64,000 nucleotides of DNA from an uncultured Gammaproteobacteria bacterium (GCA_963827755.1 CAWHCQ010000040.1:39716-103715); one strand, 5' to 3'; shown: positions 1 through 12,700, numbered from the stretch's first letter. The notes: generated from the sequence alone by a model not told the origin. Translations and numbers: made by a program.

Positions 1-834
1 ACCGAGGCGCTTGGCGACGCGTGCCGCGTCCATGGCGGTGTTGCCGCCACCGTAGACCGCCACGCGGCGGCCCAGTTTCGGCGCGCTCCCTGCCTCAACC
101 TCGCGCAGGAAACTGACCGCATCGAGCATCTTGCCGGCGTCGCGCGCCGGGATATCGATGCGCTTGCTGAGGTGTGCACCAATCGCGACAAACACCGCGT
201 CAAAACCTCCGGCCTGCTGCTCGGCCAACAGGTCTTCGACCTTGTGATTGAGGACGATGTTGACGCCCATCTCCTCGATGCGGCGAATATCCGCATCGAG
301 GTCCTTGCGCGGCAGCCGGTAGGCGGGAATGCCGAAATGCATCATGCCACCCGCGAGTGGCCCGGCATCACGGATCTCGACACTGTGGCCGAGGCGCGCC
401 AGCTGCCAGGCCGCGGACAGGCCGCTGGGACCGGCCCCCACGACGAGGATTTTCCTGCCACTGGCGGCCGCCGTGCTGTCGATCTTCCAGCCCAGCTCGT
501 TGGCGCGGTCACCCAGAAACCGCTCCACCGCGTGGATACTCACCGTTTCGTCGAGCATGCCGCGGTTACAACTGTCTTCGCAGGGGTGGTAACAGACCCG
601 GCCATGGACCGCCGGCAGGGGATTGTCGGCGACCAGCGTCTCCCAGGCCTGCCTGAATTCGCCTGCCTGGGCATGCGCCAGCCAGGCCTGGATATTCTCC
701 CCGGCCGGGCAGGCGTGATTGCAGGGTGGCAGCATGTCCACGTACACGGGGCGCTGCACGCGCCGCTGCTGACCGATCCGCTTTTCGTGGGTCAGGTCCA
801 GCGTGCGGGTCATATCACTGGGTTTTCTACTCAT
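1..834 (-). CDS. NAD(P)/FAD-dependent Fe-S oxidoreductase, GltD/SudA-like (runs off the window edge)
   Basis: Manual translation from ATG at 834: MSRKPSDM...PPCNHACPAG...GRVCYHPCEDSCNR...VVGAGPSG...YGGGNTAMDAAR; absent from the ORF track because there is no stop in the window. Confidence 0.85.
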   Translation of the reverse strand, partial: MSRKPSDMTRTLDLTHEKRIGQQRRVQRPVYVDMLPPCNHACPAGENIQAWLAHAQAGEFRQAWETLVADNPLPAVHGRVCYHPCEDSCNRGMLDETVSIHAVERFLGDRANELGWKIDSTAAASGRKILVVGAGPSGLSAAWQLARLGHSVEIRDAGPLAGGMMHFGIPAYRLPRKDLDADIRRIEEMGVNIVLNHKVEDLLAEQQAGGFDAVFVAIGAHLSKRIDIPARDAGKMLDAVSFLREVEAGSAPKLGRRVAVYGGGNTAMDAARVAKRLG

Positions 835-943
835 ATATTCAGCACCATTACATCAGGCCACACTAAAAAGGTTGATACAGCAACAAGGTGTAGTGGATGC
901 ATTATTCATCCTTTTGCCCGATATCCACATGATCTCGGTCAAC

Positions 944-2672
<1,729 letters not shown>

Positions 2673-2767
2673 CTACAACCGGGACCATGCCGGCGGGTAA
2701 GATAGCGGCAACGCCATCAATCCAGCCATATCCAACACATAACGCAGCGGAGCACGGCAATTCACTG

Positions 2768-3280
2768 ATGCAGGTACAAACCACCCCGGAAGACCACCGA
2801 ATCGCCTGGCTTACGGCGCTGGCGATCAGCATTCACCTGCTGGAAAGCGCCTTTCCCTCGCCGTTGCCCGGCTTCAAGCCGGGACTCGCCAATGTCATTA
2901 CCATTGTTGTCCTGATCCAGTTTGGCTGGCGGACCGCCGCCTGGGTGAGCCTGTTGCGGGTGCTGTGCGGCAGCCTGATACTGGGCACCTTTCTCACGCC
3001 CGGCTTTCTCCTCAGCCTCGGCGGCGCCGTCTGCAGCCTCGCGGTCCTCTGGCTCGGCAGCCGTCTGCCCGGCGAGGGCTTTGGCCCGGTCGGTTACAGC
3101 GTGCTGGCGGCGCTGGCTCACATGACCGGGCAATTTACGATTGCATGGCTGCTGTTTGTCCCGCACCCGGCATTGTGGCGCCTGTTTCCGGTTCTGCTGA
3201 CAGCGGCACTGCTGTTTGGATGCTTTAGCGGTATAATTGCCCGTGCAATGTGTCGCCGCCGGTTATTATGCAAAACGTAA
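2768..3280 (+). CDS. Gx transporter family membrane protein
   Basis: LESAFPSPLPGFKPGLAN motif, hydrophobic protein. Confidence 0.75.
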   Translation: MQVQTTPEDHRIAWLTALAISIHLLESAFPSPLPGFKPGLANVITIVVLIQFGWRTAAWVSLLRVLCGSLILGTFLTPGFLLSLGGAVCSLAVLWLGSRLPGEGFGPVGYSVLAALAHMTGQFTIAWLLFVPHPALWRLFPVLLTAALLFGCFSGIIARAMCRRRLLCKT

Positions 3281-4125
3281 ATACCCCCTTGCTGGAAGAG
3301 TCGACTGTAACAGCCACCGACCGCCTGGCGCTGACCCTGTTTTTTGCACTGGTCATCCACGCCATGATTATCCTGGGAATAACCTTCGGCACGCATGAAA
3401 ACCCGCCACCCCGGCATGAGCTGCCGACGCTGGATATCACCATCTCCACGCGCAACACACCACCGCCGGAGGAAGCCGATTACCTCGCGCAAACCAGCCA
3501 GGATGGCGGCGGCAACGTCAGCGAAAAAATTAAACCGACCATGGCTATTCCGGAGATGGCGCCGAATATCGCTCCGCAACAACCCGTATATGTGCCCACG
3601 CAGATCATCACCGCGCAGGAAGCCGCGATCGAGGTCATCCAGGAACAGCAGGAAATACCTGAAATAGAAGAACCGGACATTACAGCCACCGAGCTGATCG
3701 AGCGCAGCATGGAAATGATCAACCTGAGCGAACAAATCAGCCAGTCAATGCAGGCCTATGCACAACGTCCAAGGCAGGATTTTGTATCGGCCCGCACCCA
3801 GGAATACAAGTACGCGAATTACATGAGCGAGTGGGTGAAGAAAGTTGAACGTGTCGGCAACCTCAACTACCCGGATGCCGCGAGACGCAAGAATATCTCC
3901 GGAAGCCTGATGATGGACGTGGCCCTGAATACCGACGGCACGGTACATGAAATCAACATTCTGCGTCCATCCGGTGAACCCATCATTGACGAGGCTGCCA
4001 AGCGGATCGTCAGGATGGCTGCGCCCTATGCACCGTTTCCACCCGAAATCCTTGAAAATACCGACATCCTGCACATAACGCGCACATGGGAGTTTTCGTC
4101 ATCCAACCAGTTGAGCAGCCGTTAA
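3268..4125 (+). CDS. Energy transducer TonB-like protein
   Basis: N-terminal TM, Pro/Glu-rich linker, C-terminal LNYPDAARR...AAPYAPFP...ITRTWEF; usual position upstream of yqgE. Confidence 0.85.
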   Translation: MQNVNTPLLEESTVTATDRLALTLFFALVIHAMIILGITFGTHENPPPRHELPTLDITISTRNTPPPEEADYLAQTSQDGGGNVSEKIKPTMAIPEMAPNIAPQQPVYVPTQIITAQEAAIEVIQEQQEIPEIEEPDITATELIERSMEMINLSEQISQSMQAYAQRPRQDFVSARTQEYKYANYMSEWVKKVERVGNLNYPDAARRKNISGSLMMDVALNTDGTVHEINILRPSGEPIIDEAAKRIVRMAAPYAPFPPEILENTDILHITRTWEFSSSNQLSSR

Positions 4126-4180
4126 CTATATATATTAAGAGAGGCTTGATAGGGGCCGGACACTGCCTGATACTACAGAA

Positions 4181-4744
4181 ATGGACGAAAACACTTCATT
4201 AAGCAACCACTTCCTCATCGCAATGCCGACGCTGGATGACCCGAATTTTCATCACACCACGACCTATATCTGTGAACACAATGAAGACGGCGCACTTGGT
4301 GTTGTCATCAACCGCCCCCTGGAAATACAACTCGGGGAAATCCTCCGGCACATGGACATAGCGACAGATATCGAGGCCGTTAACAAGCAGACGGTGTACA
4401 TGGGCGGGCCAGTGCAGAGTGACCGCGGTTTCGTACTGCACGAGCCGGTCGGTACCTGGGAAGCAACACTCAAGGTCACGGACACGATTGGCATTACTTC
4501 CTCGCGGGATATCCTCGCCGACATCGCCAAAGGGGAAGGCCCCGAACACGCCATCATCACCCTCGGCTATGCCGGCTGGGGCGCCGGCCAGCTTGAACAG
4601 GAACTCGCCGAAAATACCTGGCTCAGCGGCCCGGCCAGTTCCCGCATTGTGTTCGAGACACCCAGCGAGCAACGCTGGCTGGCAGCTGCGGCACTGCTTG
4701 GCATTGACCTCAACCTGATGTCCAGCGATACAGGGCATGCCTGA
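4181..4744 (+). CDS. yqgE: YqgE/AlgH family protein
   Basis: HFLIAMP, GGPVQ, LGYAGWGAGQLEQE motifs. Confidence 0.95.
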   Translation: MDENTSLSNHFLIAMPTLDDPNFHHTTTYICEHNEDGALGVVINRPLEIQLGEILRHMDIATDIEAVNKQTVYMGGPVQSDRGFVLHEPVGTWEATLKVTDTIGITSSRDILADIAKGEGPEHAIITLGYAGWGAGQLEQELAENTWLSGPASSRIVFETPSEQRWLAAAALLGIDLNLMSSDTGHA

Positions 4745-4794
4745 ATAATGGCAATGACAGCCTTGCACGCCGGCACGTGGCAGGTTGAATAGCC

Positions 4795-5202
4795 TTGCAG
4801 ACGCTGTTGGGATTTGACTTCGGGGAGAAACATATCGGCATCGCCGTTGGACAGCAGGTCACAGGAACGGCGACCGCCATTTGCACGCTGCACTCCCGTG
4901 AGGGTAAACCAGACTGGGATGGCATCTCCGCCCTGGTAGACGAATGGCAACCGGATGCCCTGGTTGTCGGACTGCCGCTGCATGCAGATGACCGGGAATC
5001 GGAAACCTCACTGGCCGCCCGCAGGTTTGCACGCCAGCTGGAAGGACGTTTCCGCCTGGCGGTGCACACCATGGACGAACACCTGAGTTCTCACGCTGCC
5101 GCGGAACTGCAGGGCGTGGACAGGAAAGCGGCTACAACCGGGATCGATGCCATCGCCGCACGGATAATCCTGCAGAACTGGCTGGAAACGCACAAGACAT
5201 GA
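4795..5202 (+). CDS. ruvX: Pre-16S rRNA nuclease YqgF / RuvX
   Basis: LGFDFGEKHIGIAVG, VVGLP, DEHLSS, IDAIAARIIL. Confidence 0.92.
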   Translation: MQTLLGFDFGEKHIGIAVGQQVTGTATAICTLHSREGKPDWDGISALVDEWQPDALVVGLPLHADDRESETSLAARRFARQLEGRFRLAVHTMDEHLSSHAAAELQGVDRKAATTGIDAIAARIILQNWLETHKT

Positions 5203-5705
5203 ATGACATCGACAACGTCCCGGCCATCATCGACGACATGGCCGCGCAACTCGGCTCGCTGATGAACACCCGCGGCTATGCTGACCCGGCAATGGTCGGC
5301 ATTCATACCGGCGGCGTCTGGATTGCAAGGCTGCTGCATGCAAGGCTTGGCATCAATGACCCGCTGGCCAGCCTGGATATCGCCTTCTACCGTGATGACT
5401 TCACCCGTATAGGCATGAACCCGGTGGTACAACCCTCGCAACTGCCCTTCAGCATTGACGACCGGCACATCATTATCGTCGATGACGTGCTGCATACCGG
5501 CCGCACCATTCGCGCGGCAATGAATGAACTGTTTGACTACGGCAGGCCGGCGTCCATCACGCTGGCAACACTGATCGATCGCGGCGGACGCGAATTGCCG
5601 ATCGAGGCAGCCGTGGTCGGGCGTCATGTCGAACTGGAACCCCGTCAGCACATCAAGCTGACGGGACCGGAGCCACTTGCACTGGAAATACAAACGACGG
5701 CATGA
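5199..5705 (+). CDS. pyrR: PyrR regulator / uracil phosphoribosyltransferase
   Basis: [32 protein letters not shown]. Confidence 0.95.
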   Translation: MNDIDNVPAIIDDMAAQLGSLMNTRGYADPAMVGIHTGGVWIARLLHARLGINDPLASLDIAFYRDDFTRIGMNPVVQPSQLPFSIDDRHIIIVDDVLHTGRTIRAAMNELFDYGRPASITLATLIDRGGRELPIEAAVVGRHVELEPRQHIKLTGPEPLALEIQTTA

Positions 5706-6676
5706 ACCTCAAAAGCCTGCAAATCGATGACCAGGGACGCTTGCGTCATTTGCTCTGCATCAGCGGACTGACCAGGGAATTACTGACCGGAATTCTCGAC
5801 ACGGCCGAATCGTTTGCCGGGGTTACCGAGCAATCGATCAAGAAAGTCCCGCTGCTGCGCGGCAAGACCATCACCAACCTGTTTTTCGAGGCCAGCACCC
5901 GCACCCGCACCACCTTCGAACTGGCCGCCAAACGACTCTCCGCCGATGTGCTCAATATCAATGTCAGCACATCCAGCGCCGTCAAGGGCGAGACCCTGCT
6001 CGATACATTGCGCAACCTGGAGGCCATGCATGTGGATATGTTCGTGGTCCGGCATGCCGACAGTGGTGCTGCCCATTTCATGGCCAGCAACGTCGCACCC
6101 CATATCAGCATCATCAACGCCGGTGACGGCAGCCATTCCCACCCGACACAGGCGCTGCTGGACATGTTTACCATACGCCGCGTCAAGGGACCCGACTTCG
6201 GACGCTTGCGTGTTGCCATTGTCGGCGACATTCTGCACTCGCGGGTTGCGCGCTCGCAGATCCATGCACTGAACATCCTCAATACCGGCGAGGTTCGCAT
6301 CGTTGCCCCGAAAACCCTCATCCCGCTGCAGGCGGAAACACTGGGCGCACATGTCTACCATGACCTGCGTGCCGGCATAAAGGATGCCGATGTCATTATC
6401 ATGCTACGCCTGCAGAATGAACGCATGCAGGGAGCGCTGCTGCCGAGCGAACATGAATACTTCGAGTTATTCGGTCTCACCGAGGAGAAGCTGGCCCACG
6501 CCAGTGCAGATGTAACCGTCATGCATCCCGGCCCGATCAACCGCGGCATCGAGATGGACTCGGAAGTCGCCGACGGCCCGCGCTCGGTCATCCTCGAGCA
6601 GGTGACACACGGCATTGCCGTGCGCATGGCGGTCATGTCCATGGCCATGCATCACCGGGAAGACAGGACGGCATAA
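5702..6676 (+). CDS. pyrB: Aspartate carbamoyltransferase catalytic subunit
   Basis: [30 protein letters not shown]. Confidence 0.97.
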   Translation: MNLKSLQIDDQGRLRHLLCISGLTRELLTGILDTAESFAGVTEQSIKKVPLLRGKTITNLFFEASTRTRTTFELAAKRLSADVLNINVSTSSAVKGETLLDTLRNLEAMHVDMFVVRHADSGAAHFMASNVAPHISIINAGDGSHSHPTQALLDMFTIRRVKGPDFGRLRVAIVGDILHSRVARSQIHALNILNTGEVRIVAPKTLIPLQAETLGAHVYHDLRAGIKDADVIIMLRLQNERMQGALLPSEHEYFELFGLTEEKLAHASADVTVMHPGPINRGIEMDSEVADGPRSVILEQVTHGIAVRMAVMSMAMHHREDRTA

Positions 6677-6681
6677 GGCTT

Positions 6682-8004
6682 ATGGGACGCTCCCGCACCA
6701 GTGACCCGAAAAGCATCCGCATCCACGGCGGCCGTGTCATAGACCCCGCGAATACTGTTGATGCAACACAGGATGTGTATATCGTCGACGGCAGGATCGC
6801 CGCCCTCGGCAAGGCCCCGCAGGGATTCAGGGCCGATCATGAAATCAATGCCGCCGGCTGTATCGTTTGCCCCGGACTGGTCGACCTCAGCGCCCGGTTC
6901 CGCGAACCGGGCATGGAAAGAAAGGCAACCATCGCATCGGAGTCAAGCGCCGCGGCAAGCGCCGGCATCACCACGCTGTGCTGCCCGCCGGATACCGACC
7001 CGGTCATTGACACACCGGCCGTCGCCGAACTCATCCGGCTGCGCGCGGAGGCTGCCGGGAAAACCCGCCTGGTGACACTTGGCGCACTGACCCTTGGCCT
7101 GGATGGTGAACAGTTAAGCGAAATGGCGGCACTCAAGCGGGCCGGGTGTGTCGGTGTCAGCAATGCGCTGCAGCCGCTTGCCAACCCGCTGATACAACGC
7201 CGCGCGCTGGAATACGCGGCGACTTTCGACCTGACCGTGTTCCTCTATGCCAACGACCACTGGCTGGCCAATAACGGCTGCGCCCACGAAGGCCGGGTGG
7301 CCGCACGCCTGGGTCTGCCCGGAATCCCCGAGGCAGCGGAGACCGCCGCCGTCGCCAGGGACCTGGCACTGATCGAGCAGACCGGCGTACGTGCACACTT
7401 CTGCCGGCTGACCACCGCCCGCGCCGCGCAGATGGTGGCACGCGCCCAGTTCGATGGCGTGCCGGTGACCGCCGATGTCGCCATACCGTACCTCTACCTG
7501 TCAGAGGTCGACATCAGTGACTTCGACAGCCGCGCCCACCTGATTCCGCCATTGCGCACCACGGAAGACCGGCAACGCCTGCGCGAAGCGCTGCGACGCG
7601 GCACCTTCGCCGCCCTCTGTTCCGACCACCAACCGCATGAACCGGACGCCAAGCAGGGGCCGTTTCCGTCGACCGAACCGGGAATATCCGGGCTCGACAC
7701 ACTGCTGCCACTGGGACTGCGGCTGGTGGAAGAACAGGCAATCGAGCTGGTGGACCTGCTGCGCCGGCTGACGGCAGGACCTGCCGCCATCCTCGGCCTG
7801 CCCTGTGGCACACTCGCGGTCGATGCCAGTGCCGATGTCTGTATCTTCGATCCGGATCTGACCTGGCAACTGGATACAGGCAGCATGCACAGCCGCTGTC
7901 ACAACACGCCGTTCATGGGCTGGGAACTGAAGGGCCGGGTTAAACACACCCTGCTGGCCGGCAAGCCGGTTTATTCACTGGATGACCATGTCGAGCAGCC
8001 GTAA
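6682..8004 (+). CDS. pyrC: Dihydroorotase-like protein, probably the inactive PyrC' subunit
   Basis: PGLVDLSARFREPG (no HxH), SDHQPH, NTPF; follows pyrB. Confidence 0.88.
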   Translation: MGRSRTSDPKSIRIHGGRVIDPANTVDATQDVYIVDGRIAALGKAPQGFRADHEINAAGCIVCPGLVDLSARFREPGMERKATIASESSAAASAGITTLCCPPDTDPVIDTPAVAELIRLRAEAAGKTRLVTLGALTLGLDGEQLSEMAALKRAGCVGVSNALQPLANPLIQRRALEYAATFDLTVFLYANDHWLANNGCAHEGRVAARLGLPGIPEAAETAAVARDLALIEQTGVRAHFCRLTTARAAQMVARAQFDGVPVTADVAIPYLYLSEVDISDFDSRAHLIPPLRTTEDRQRLREALRRGTFAALCSDHQPHEPDAKQGPFPSTEPGISGLDTLLPLGLRLVEEQAIELVDLLRRLTAGPAAILGLPCGTLAVDASADVCIFDPDLTWQLDTGSMHSRCHNTPFMGWELKGRVKHTLLAGKPVYSLDDHVEQP

Positions 8005-8872
8005 GCGGGCACACCGCGACACCCTGTTTGTCGAGGATGCAAGCATCCTGATGCAGGATGCCTGGCCGGGGAAGCAGTATGTATTGCGGGTGCACGCGCC
8101 TAAGTGTGCGGCCCATGCCACCCCGGGCAGTTTTGCCCATGTGCAATGCGGACCGGGCCTGCCCATGCGCCGGCCACTGTCAATCATGCGCGCGCACGCC
8201 ACGGCAGGCTGGATCGAATTCCTCTACAAGGACGTCGGCAGCGGCACCCATGAATTATCAACCCGTACCGTCGGCGAAACCATCAGCCTGATTGGCCCGA
8301 TTGGCGTCGGGTTTACCCCGAACCCGGCACGACCACGCACGCTGCTGCTGGGTGGCGGTGTCGGTATCCCGCCCATGGTGTTTCTCGCCGATCACCTGCG
8401 CAAGGATGCCGGCTGGCAACCCGTGGTATTGATGGGCTCGGAAGTACCCTTCCCGTTCAATGCAGAACCTTCACGCATCCTGCTGCCCGGCATGCCGGAC
8501 GGCATCATTGCCGCCATGCCCCTGCTTGAGGGCTGGGGCATCCCCAGCCGCCTTGCCAGCCTGCAGCATTATCCGGGTTGTTACACGGGCTACATTACCG
8601 ACCTCGCGCGCCACTGGCTGGATGCACTGGATGACGACGAGCGTGCCAGGGTCAGCCTGTTTGCCTGTGGCCCGCACCCGATGCTGGCGGCCAGCGCTGC
8701 GCTGGCAGAGGAATATGGCCTGCCCTGCCAGGTGTCGCTGGAGGAATATATGGCGTGTGCGGTGGGCGGCTGTGCCGGCTGCGCGGTTGCCATCAATACG
8801 GCGGACGGCCCGGCGATGAAGCGGGTGTGCGTAGACGGCCCGGTATTCGACGCGGGCACGGTCGCCTGGTGA
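7982..8872 (+). CDS. pyrK: Dihydroorotate dehydrogenase electron transfer subunit
   Basis: RRPLSI, GGGVGIPP, MACAVGGCAGC...RVCVDGPVF. Confidence 0.9.
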   Translation: MTMSSSRKRAHRDTLFVEDASILMQDAWPGKQYVLRVHAPKCAAHATPGSFAHVQCGPGLPMRRPLSIMRAHATAGWIEFLYKDVGSGTHELSTRTVGETISLIGPIGVGFTPNPARPRTLLLGGGVGIPPMVFLADHLRKDAGWQPVVLMGSEVPFPFNAEPSRILLPGMPDGIIAAMPLLEGWGIPSRLASLQHYPGCYTGYITDLARHWLDALDDDERARVSLFACGPHPMLAASAALAEEYGLPCQVSLEEYMACAVGGCAGCAVAINTADGPAMKRVCVDGPVFDAGTVAW

Positions 8873-9018
8873 CCCTCCGTGGGGCGAACCCGCAGACTGC
8901 CCCGCCAGACCCCTAAAGCCAGCCCCGATTCTGCCGAAACAGGTTAGAGAGCCTTGCAACCGCAGTTCACGGCTGCAGGCAAGAAGATGCAATGATCATC
9001 CTCCAGGGGTTATTCGCT

Positions 9019-9300
9019 ATGGATAAAGAACAACGCAAGGGTATGAACCCGGTTCCGGACAATATTGAGGAACTGCTCAACGAAGCACAGCTGCGCACAT
9101 TGCTCGGGATAAGACAGTTCGGCTGGGAACTCTTCTTCGTACGCAGACCGTTATTCCAGGATGCCATTCCGGTATTGATCAACAGGGATGCCAACAAGAC
9201 CATTGTCCTGGAGGTAAACGGCAGTATCAACGAAAATCCGGATATTGATATTCGCGAGTGCGTACCTGCAGCAGAGCATCTGAAGAAAGCTGCAGGCTGA
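9019..9300 (+). CDS. Small hypothetical protein (FGW-x-L-x-x-VRRPLF family), paralog of 56498..56740
   Basis: Clear similarity to a second ORF in this window. Confidence 0.75.
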   Translation: MDKEQRKGMNPVPDNIEELLNEAQLRTLLGIRQFGWELFFVRRPLFQDAIPVLINRDANKTIVLEVNGSINENPDIDIRECVPAAEHLKKAAG

Positions 9301-9335
9301 CCCGGGCAGACAAGCCCGAACAGGGTTTGCGGAAG

Positions 9336-10454
9336 TCAGTCCTGCTCTTCCAGAAAGACATCCTCCATCGCAGCGCTGTATTCATCGACATCGCTCTTGT
9401 CCAGCTTGATCATAAGGCGTACCTCATTCGCTGAATCGGCATAGTGCAAGGCATCGTCGATGCTGATCTCACCTTGCTTGTAGAGGGTGAACAGAGCCTG
9501 GTCAAAGGTAATCATGCCCTGCTGGCTGGACTGCTTCATCAGCTCTTTCAGCTTGTAGACTTCGCCCTTGCGAATAATTTCACGCGCCAACGGTGTACCC
9601 AGCAGGATTTCCACACATACCCGTCGACCATTTCCATCGGCCCGCGGTATCAACTGCTGGGCAAGAAAGGCCTTCAGATTCATTGACAGGTCCATGAACA
9701 GTTGCGGGCGGCGGTCTTCCGGAAAAAAGTTGACAATACGGTCCATGGCCTGGTTGGCGTTATTCGCATGCAGGGTCGCGAGACAGAGGTGACCGGTCTC
9801 TGCAAAGGCAATGGCATGGTTCATGGTCTCGCGTTCCCGGACCTCGCCGATCAGGATGACATCCGGCGCCTGGCGCAGGGTGTTTTTCAGCGCCGTCTCG
9901 TAGGATTCGGTATCAATACCCACCTCGCGCTGGGTAATAATGCATTGATCATGCTGGTGAACAAATTCAATAGGGTCTTCAATTGTGATGATGTGCCCGC
10001 TACTGTGTTTGTTACGATAGCCGATCATGGAGGCCAGCGAGGTCGATTTGCCGGTACCTGTGGCCCCGATAAAAACAATCAGACCACGCTTGGTCATGGC
10101 GAGGTTCTTCAGGATCGGTGGCAGGTTCAGCTCTTCGATGCTGGGAATAAAGGTCTCAATCCGGCGCAACACAACACCGGCCTGGCCACGCTGGATAAAG
10201 GCGCTGGCTCGAAAACGCCCGATACCCTTCTCACCGATTGCAAAATTGCATTCGCGCGTGGCCTCGAATTCCTCGCGCTGTCCGGGACTCATCATGCCGG
10301 TAACAATTTCCATTGTTTCATCTGCCCTGAGGGCATCCCCGGAAATCGTAGATATCTTTCCATCGACCTTGATGGCAGGCGCGAGGCCCGTGGTTATAAA
10401 CAGGTCCGAAGCCTTTTTGTCTCGCATCAACTCCAGCAGTGGAATCAAATCCAT
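9336..10454 (-). CDS. pilU: Type IV pilus retraction ATPase PilU
   Basis: GATGTGKST, TIEDPIE, LRQAPD, TLHANNANQA; follows pilT. Confidence 0.95.
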   Translation of the reverse strand: MDLIPLLELMRDKKASDLFITTGLAPAIKVDGKISTISGDALRADETMEIVTGMMSPGQREEFEATRECNFAIGEKGIGRFRASAFIQRGQAGVVLRRIETFIPSIEELNLPPILKNLAMTKRGLIVFIGATGTGKSTSLASMIGYRNKHSSGHIITIEDPIEFVHQHDQCIITQREVGIDTESYETALKNTLRQAPDVILIGEVRERETMNHAIAFAETGHLCLATLHANNANQAMDRIVNFFPEDRRPQLFMDLSMNLKAFLAQQLIPRADGNGRRVCVEILLGTPLAREIIRKGEVYKLKELMKQSSQQGMITFDQALFTLYKQGEISIDDALHYADSANEVRLMIKLDKSDVDEYSAAMEDVFLEEQD

Positions 10455-10477
10455 TACTACACCCCTAATCTGATCTG

Positions 10478-11515
10478 TTAGCGGAAATTATCTTTAAGAG
10501 CCGCCTTGGAACGCGCATCCTGCTTGCTGACCAGGCCCCTTTGCAGCAAATCCTGAAGATACTGATCCAGCGTTATCATCCCCGAGGATTGCCCTGTCTG
10601 TATCGATGAATACATTTGCGCCACCTTGTCCTCGCGGATCAGGTTTCGAATCGCGGGGGTACCAATCATGATTTCCCAGGCCGCTATACGGCCACCACCG
10701 ATCTTTTTCAGCAGCGTCTGGGCGATAACCGCGCGCAGTGATTCAGACAACATCGAACGCACCATGGTTTTTTCTGCCGCCGGGAATACATCGATAATAC
10801 GGTCGATCGTCTTCGATGCCGAGGTGGTATGCAGGGTACCGAATACCAGGTGTCCGGTCTCTGCTGCAGTCAATGCCAGTCGAATCGTTTCCAGGTCACG
10901 CATTTCGCCGACCAGGATGATATCCGGATCTTCGCGCAGGGCGGAACGCAGTGCCTCGTTGAAGCCCAGGGTATCGCGGTGAACTTCGCGCTGATTGACC
11001 AGGCACTTTTTGCTCTCGTGAACGAATTCAATCGGGTCTTCAATCGTCAGTATGTGTTCATAGGCCTTGTTATTGATGTAATCGATCATGGCGGCCAGGG
11101 TCGTGGACTTGCCGGAACCGGTCGGCCCCGTTACCAGCACCAGGCCACGCGGGGTATCGGAAATTTCCTTGAAAATCGGCGGGGTTCCCAGGTCTTCAAG
11201 TGCGAGTATCTCGGAGGGAATTGTGCGGAAGACGGCCCCTGAACCCCGGTTGTGGTTAAACGCATTGACGCGAAACCTGGCCAGGTTCGGTATCTCGAAG
11301 GAAAAATCGGTTTCAAGGTATTCTTCGTAGTCCTTGCGTTGCTTGTCATTCATGATGTCATAAACAAGCCCGTGAACCGTTTTATGGTCCAGCGCGGGTA
11401 CATTGACCTTGCGCATATCGCCATCGACACGAATCATCGGTGGCAGGCCCGCGGAGAGGTGTAAATCCGAGGCGCCATTCTTGACACTGAAAGCCAGTAA
11501 TTCAGCAATATCCAT
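10478..11515 (-). CDS. pilT: Type IV pilus retraction ATPase PilT
   Basis: MDIAELLAF, GPTGSGKST, LREDPD, AIRNLIRE. Confidence 0.97.
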   Translation of the reverse strand: MDIAELLAFSVKNGASDLHLSAGLPPMIRVDGDMRKVNVPALDHKTVHGLVYDIMNDKQRKDYEEYLETDFSFEIPNLARFRVNAFNHNRGSGAVFRTIPSEILALEDLGTPPIFKEISDTPRGLVLVTGPTGSGKSTTLAAMIDYINNKAYEHILTIEDPIEFVHESKKCLVNQREVHRDTLGFNEALRSALREDPDIILVGEMRDLETIRLALTAAETGHLVFGTLHTTSASKTIDRIIDVFPAAEKTMVRSMLSESLRAVIAQTLLKKIGGGRIAAWEIMIGTPAIRNLIREDKVAQMYSSIQTGQSSGMITLDQYLQDLLQRGLVSKQDARSKAALKDNFR

Positions 11516-11874
11516 AGCCGTTCCCTTACGTTATTGTACTCATCACAGCGTATCGACCATGACCTTGAATACTTGAAAAGACCTTCTTGATGACGCTAAC
11601 TTGCCACACGGCACAGGGACCCTGGAATCGCTCAAACCGACCATCGAAAAACCACCCACGGGACGGCGCCCCTCCAGCCTCCGCCCAACGCGCTCGAGTA
11701 TGCCGCATTACGCCGATTTTTCAAGTCAGTCGACCTTGTTATCCTGTGTAAATCAGTTACCTGAAAAACGGGTGCTCGCCCCCGACCGCGGACCGTTGGT
11801 CACGGCTGCCGCGCAGGCCGCTGTACTGGCATGGTGCTTGTGGTGCGCCGCTTTCATCCTGTATTGTCAATTCC

Positions 11875-12699
11875 ATGACCGAGAGCAAACTGACGTTTAT
11901 CGGCGGCGGTAATATGGCGGCCAGCCTGGTTGGCGGCCTGATCGCCGACGGCTGGAAACCGGCAAACATCTGCGTTGCCGATACGGATACCGGGCGGCTG
12001 AAACGACTGGCAGAGCGCTTCGGGGTGGAGACAAGTGCCGACAATCGCGCCGCGGCCGGGTCAGCGGATGTCATCGTGCTGGCCGTCAAGCCAGATGTAA
12101 TAAAAGCGGTGGCGCAGGATCTGGCGGCACTGCTTGAAACCCGGCGGCCACTGGTCATCTCGATTGCAGCCGGTATCCGCGAAGCCAGTTTGCGTGACTG
12201 GCTGGGGCAACAGAGTGCGATTGTACGCACCATGCCGAACACCCCGGCACTGGTGCAAAGCGGCGCCACCGCACTGTATGCGAATGCGAATACCAGTGAA
12301 GACCAGCGCAATATTGCTGAATCGATCCTGCGTGCCGTTGGAATTGCCATCTGGGTCGATGACGAAGCATTGATGGATGCCGTGACCGCACTCTCGGGCA
12401 GCGGACCGGCCTATTTTTTCCTGTTCATGGAGGCCATGCAGGCGGCCGGCCGTGAACTCGGACTGCCGGAAAAGACAGCGCGCCTGCTGACGCTGCAAAC
12501 GGCCTTTGGTGCCGCTAAAATTGCCCTGGAAAGCAGCGAGGACGTGGCAACGCTGAGGCAGCATGTCACCTCCCCCGGCGGCACGACTGAACGCGCCATC
12601 CAGAGTCTCCAGGGCGACGGGCTTGAGGTCATTGTGCGCAAGGCACTTGAATCCGCCGCTGCACGCTCCCGCGAACTCGGCGATGAACTGGGAAAATAG
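11875..12699 (+). CDS. proC: Pyrroline-5-carboxylate reductase
   Basis: FIGGGNMA, RTMPNTP, SGSGPAY, VTSPGGTT. Confidence 0.97.
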   Translation: MTESKLTFIGGGNMAASLVGGLIADGWKPANICVADTDTGRLKRLAERFGVETSADNRAAAGSADVIVLAVKPDVIKAVAQDLAALLETRRPLVISIAAGIREASLRDWLGQQSAIVRTMPNTPALVQSGATALYANANTSEDQRNIAESILRAVGIAIWVDDEALMDAVTALSGSGPAYFFLFMEAMQAAGRELGLPEKTARLLTLQTAFGAAKIALESSEDVATLRQHVTSPGGTTERAIQSLQGDGLEVIVRKALESAAARSRELGDELGK

Positions 12700-12700
12700 G

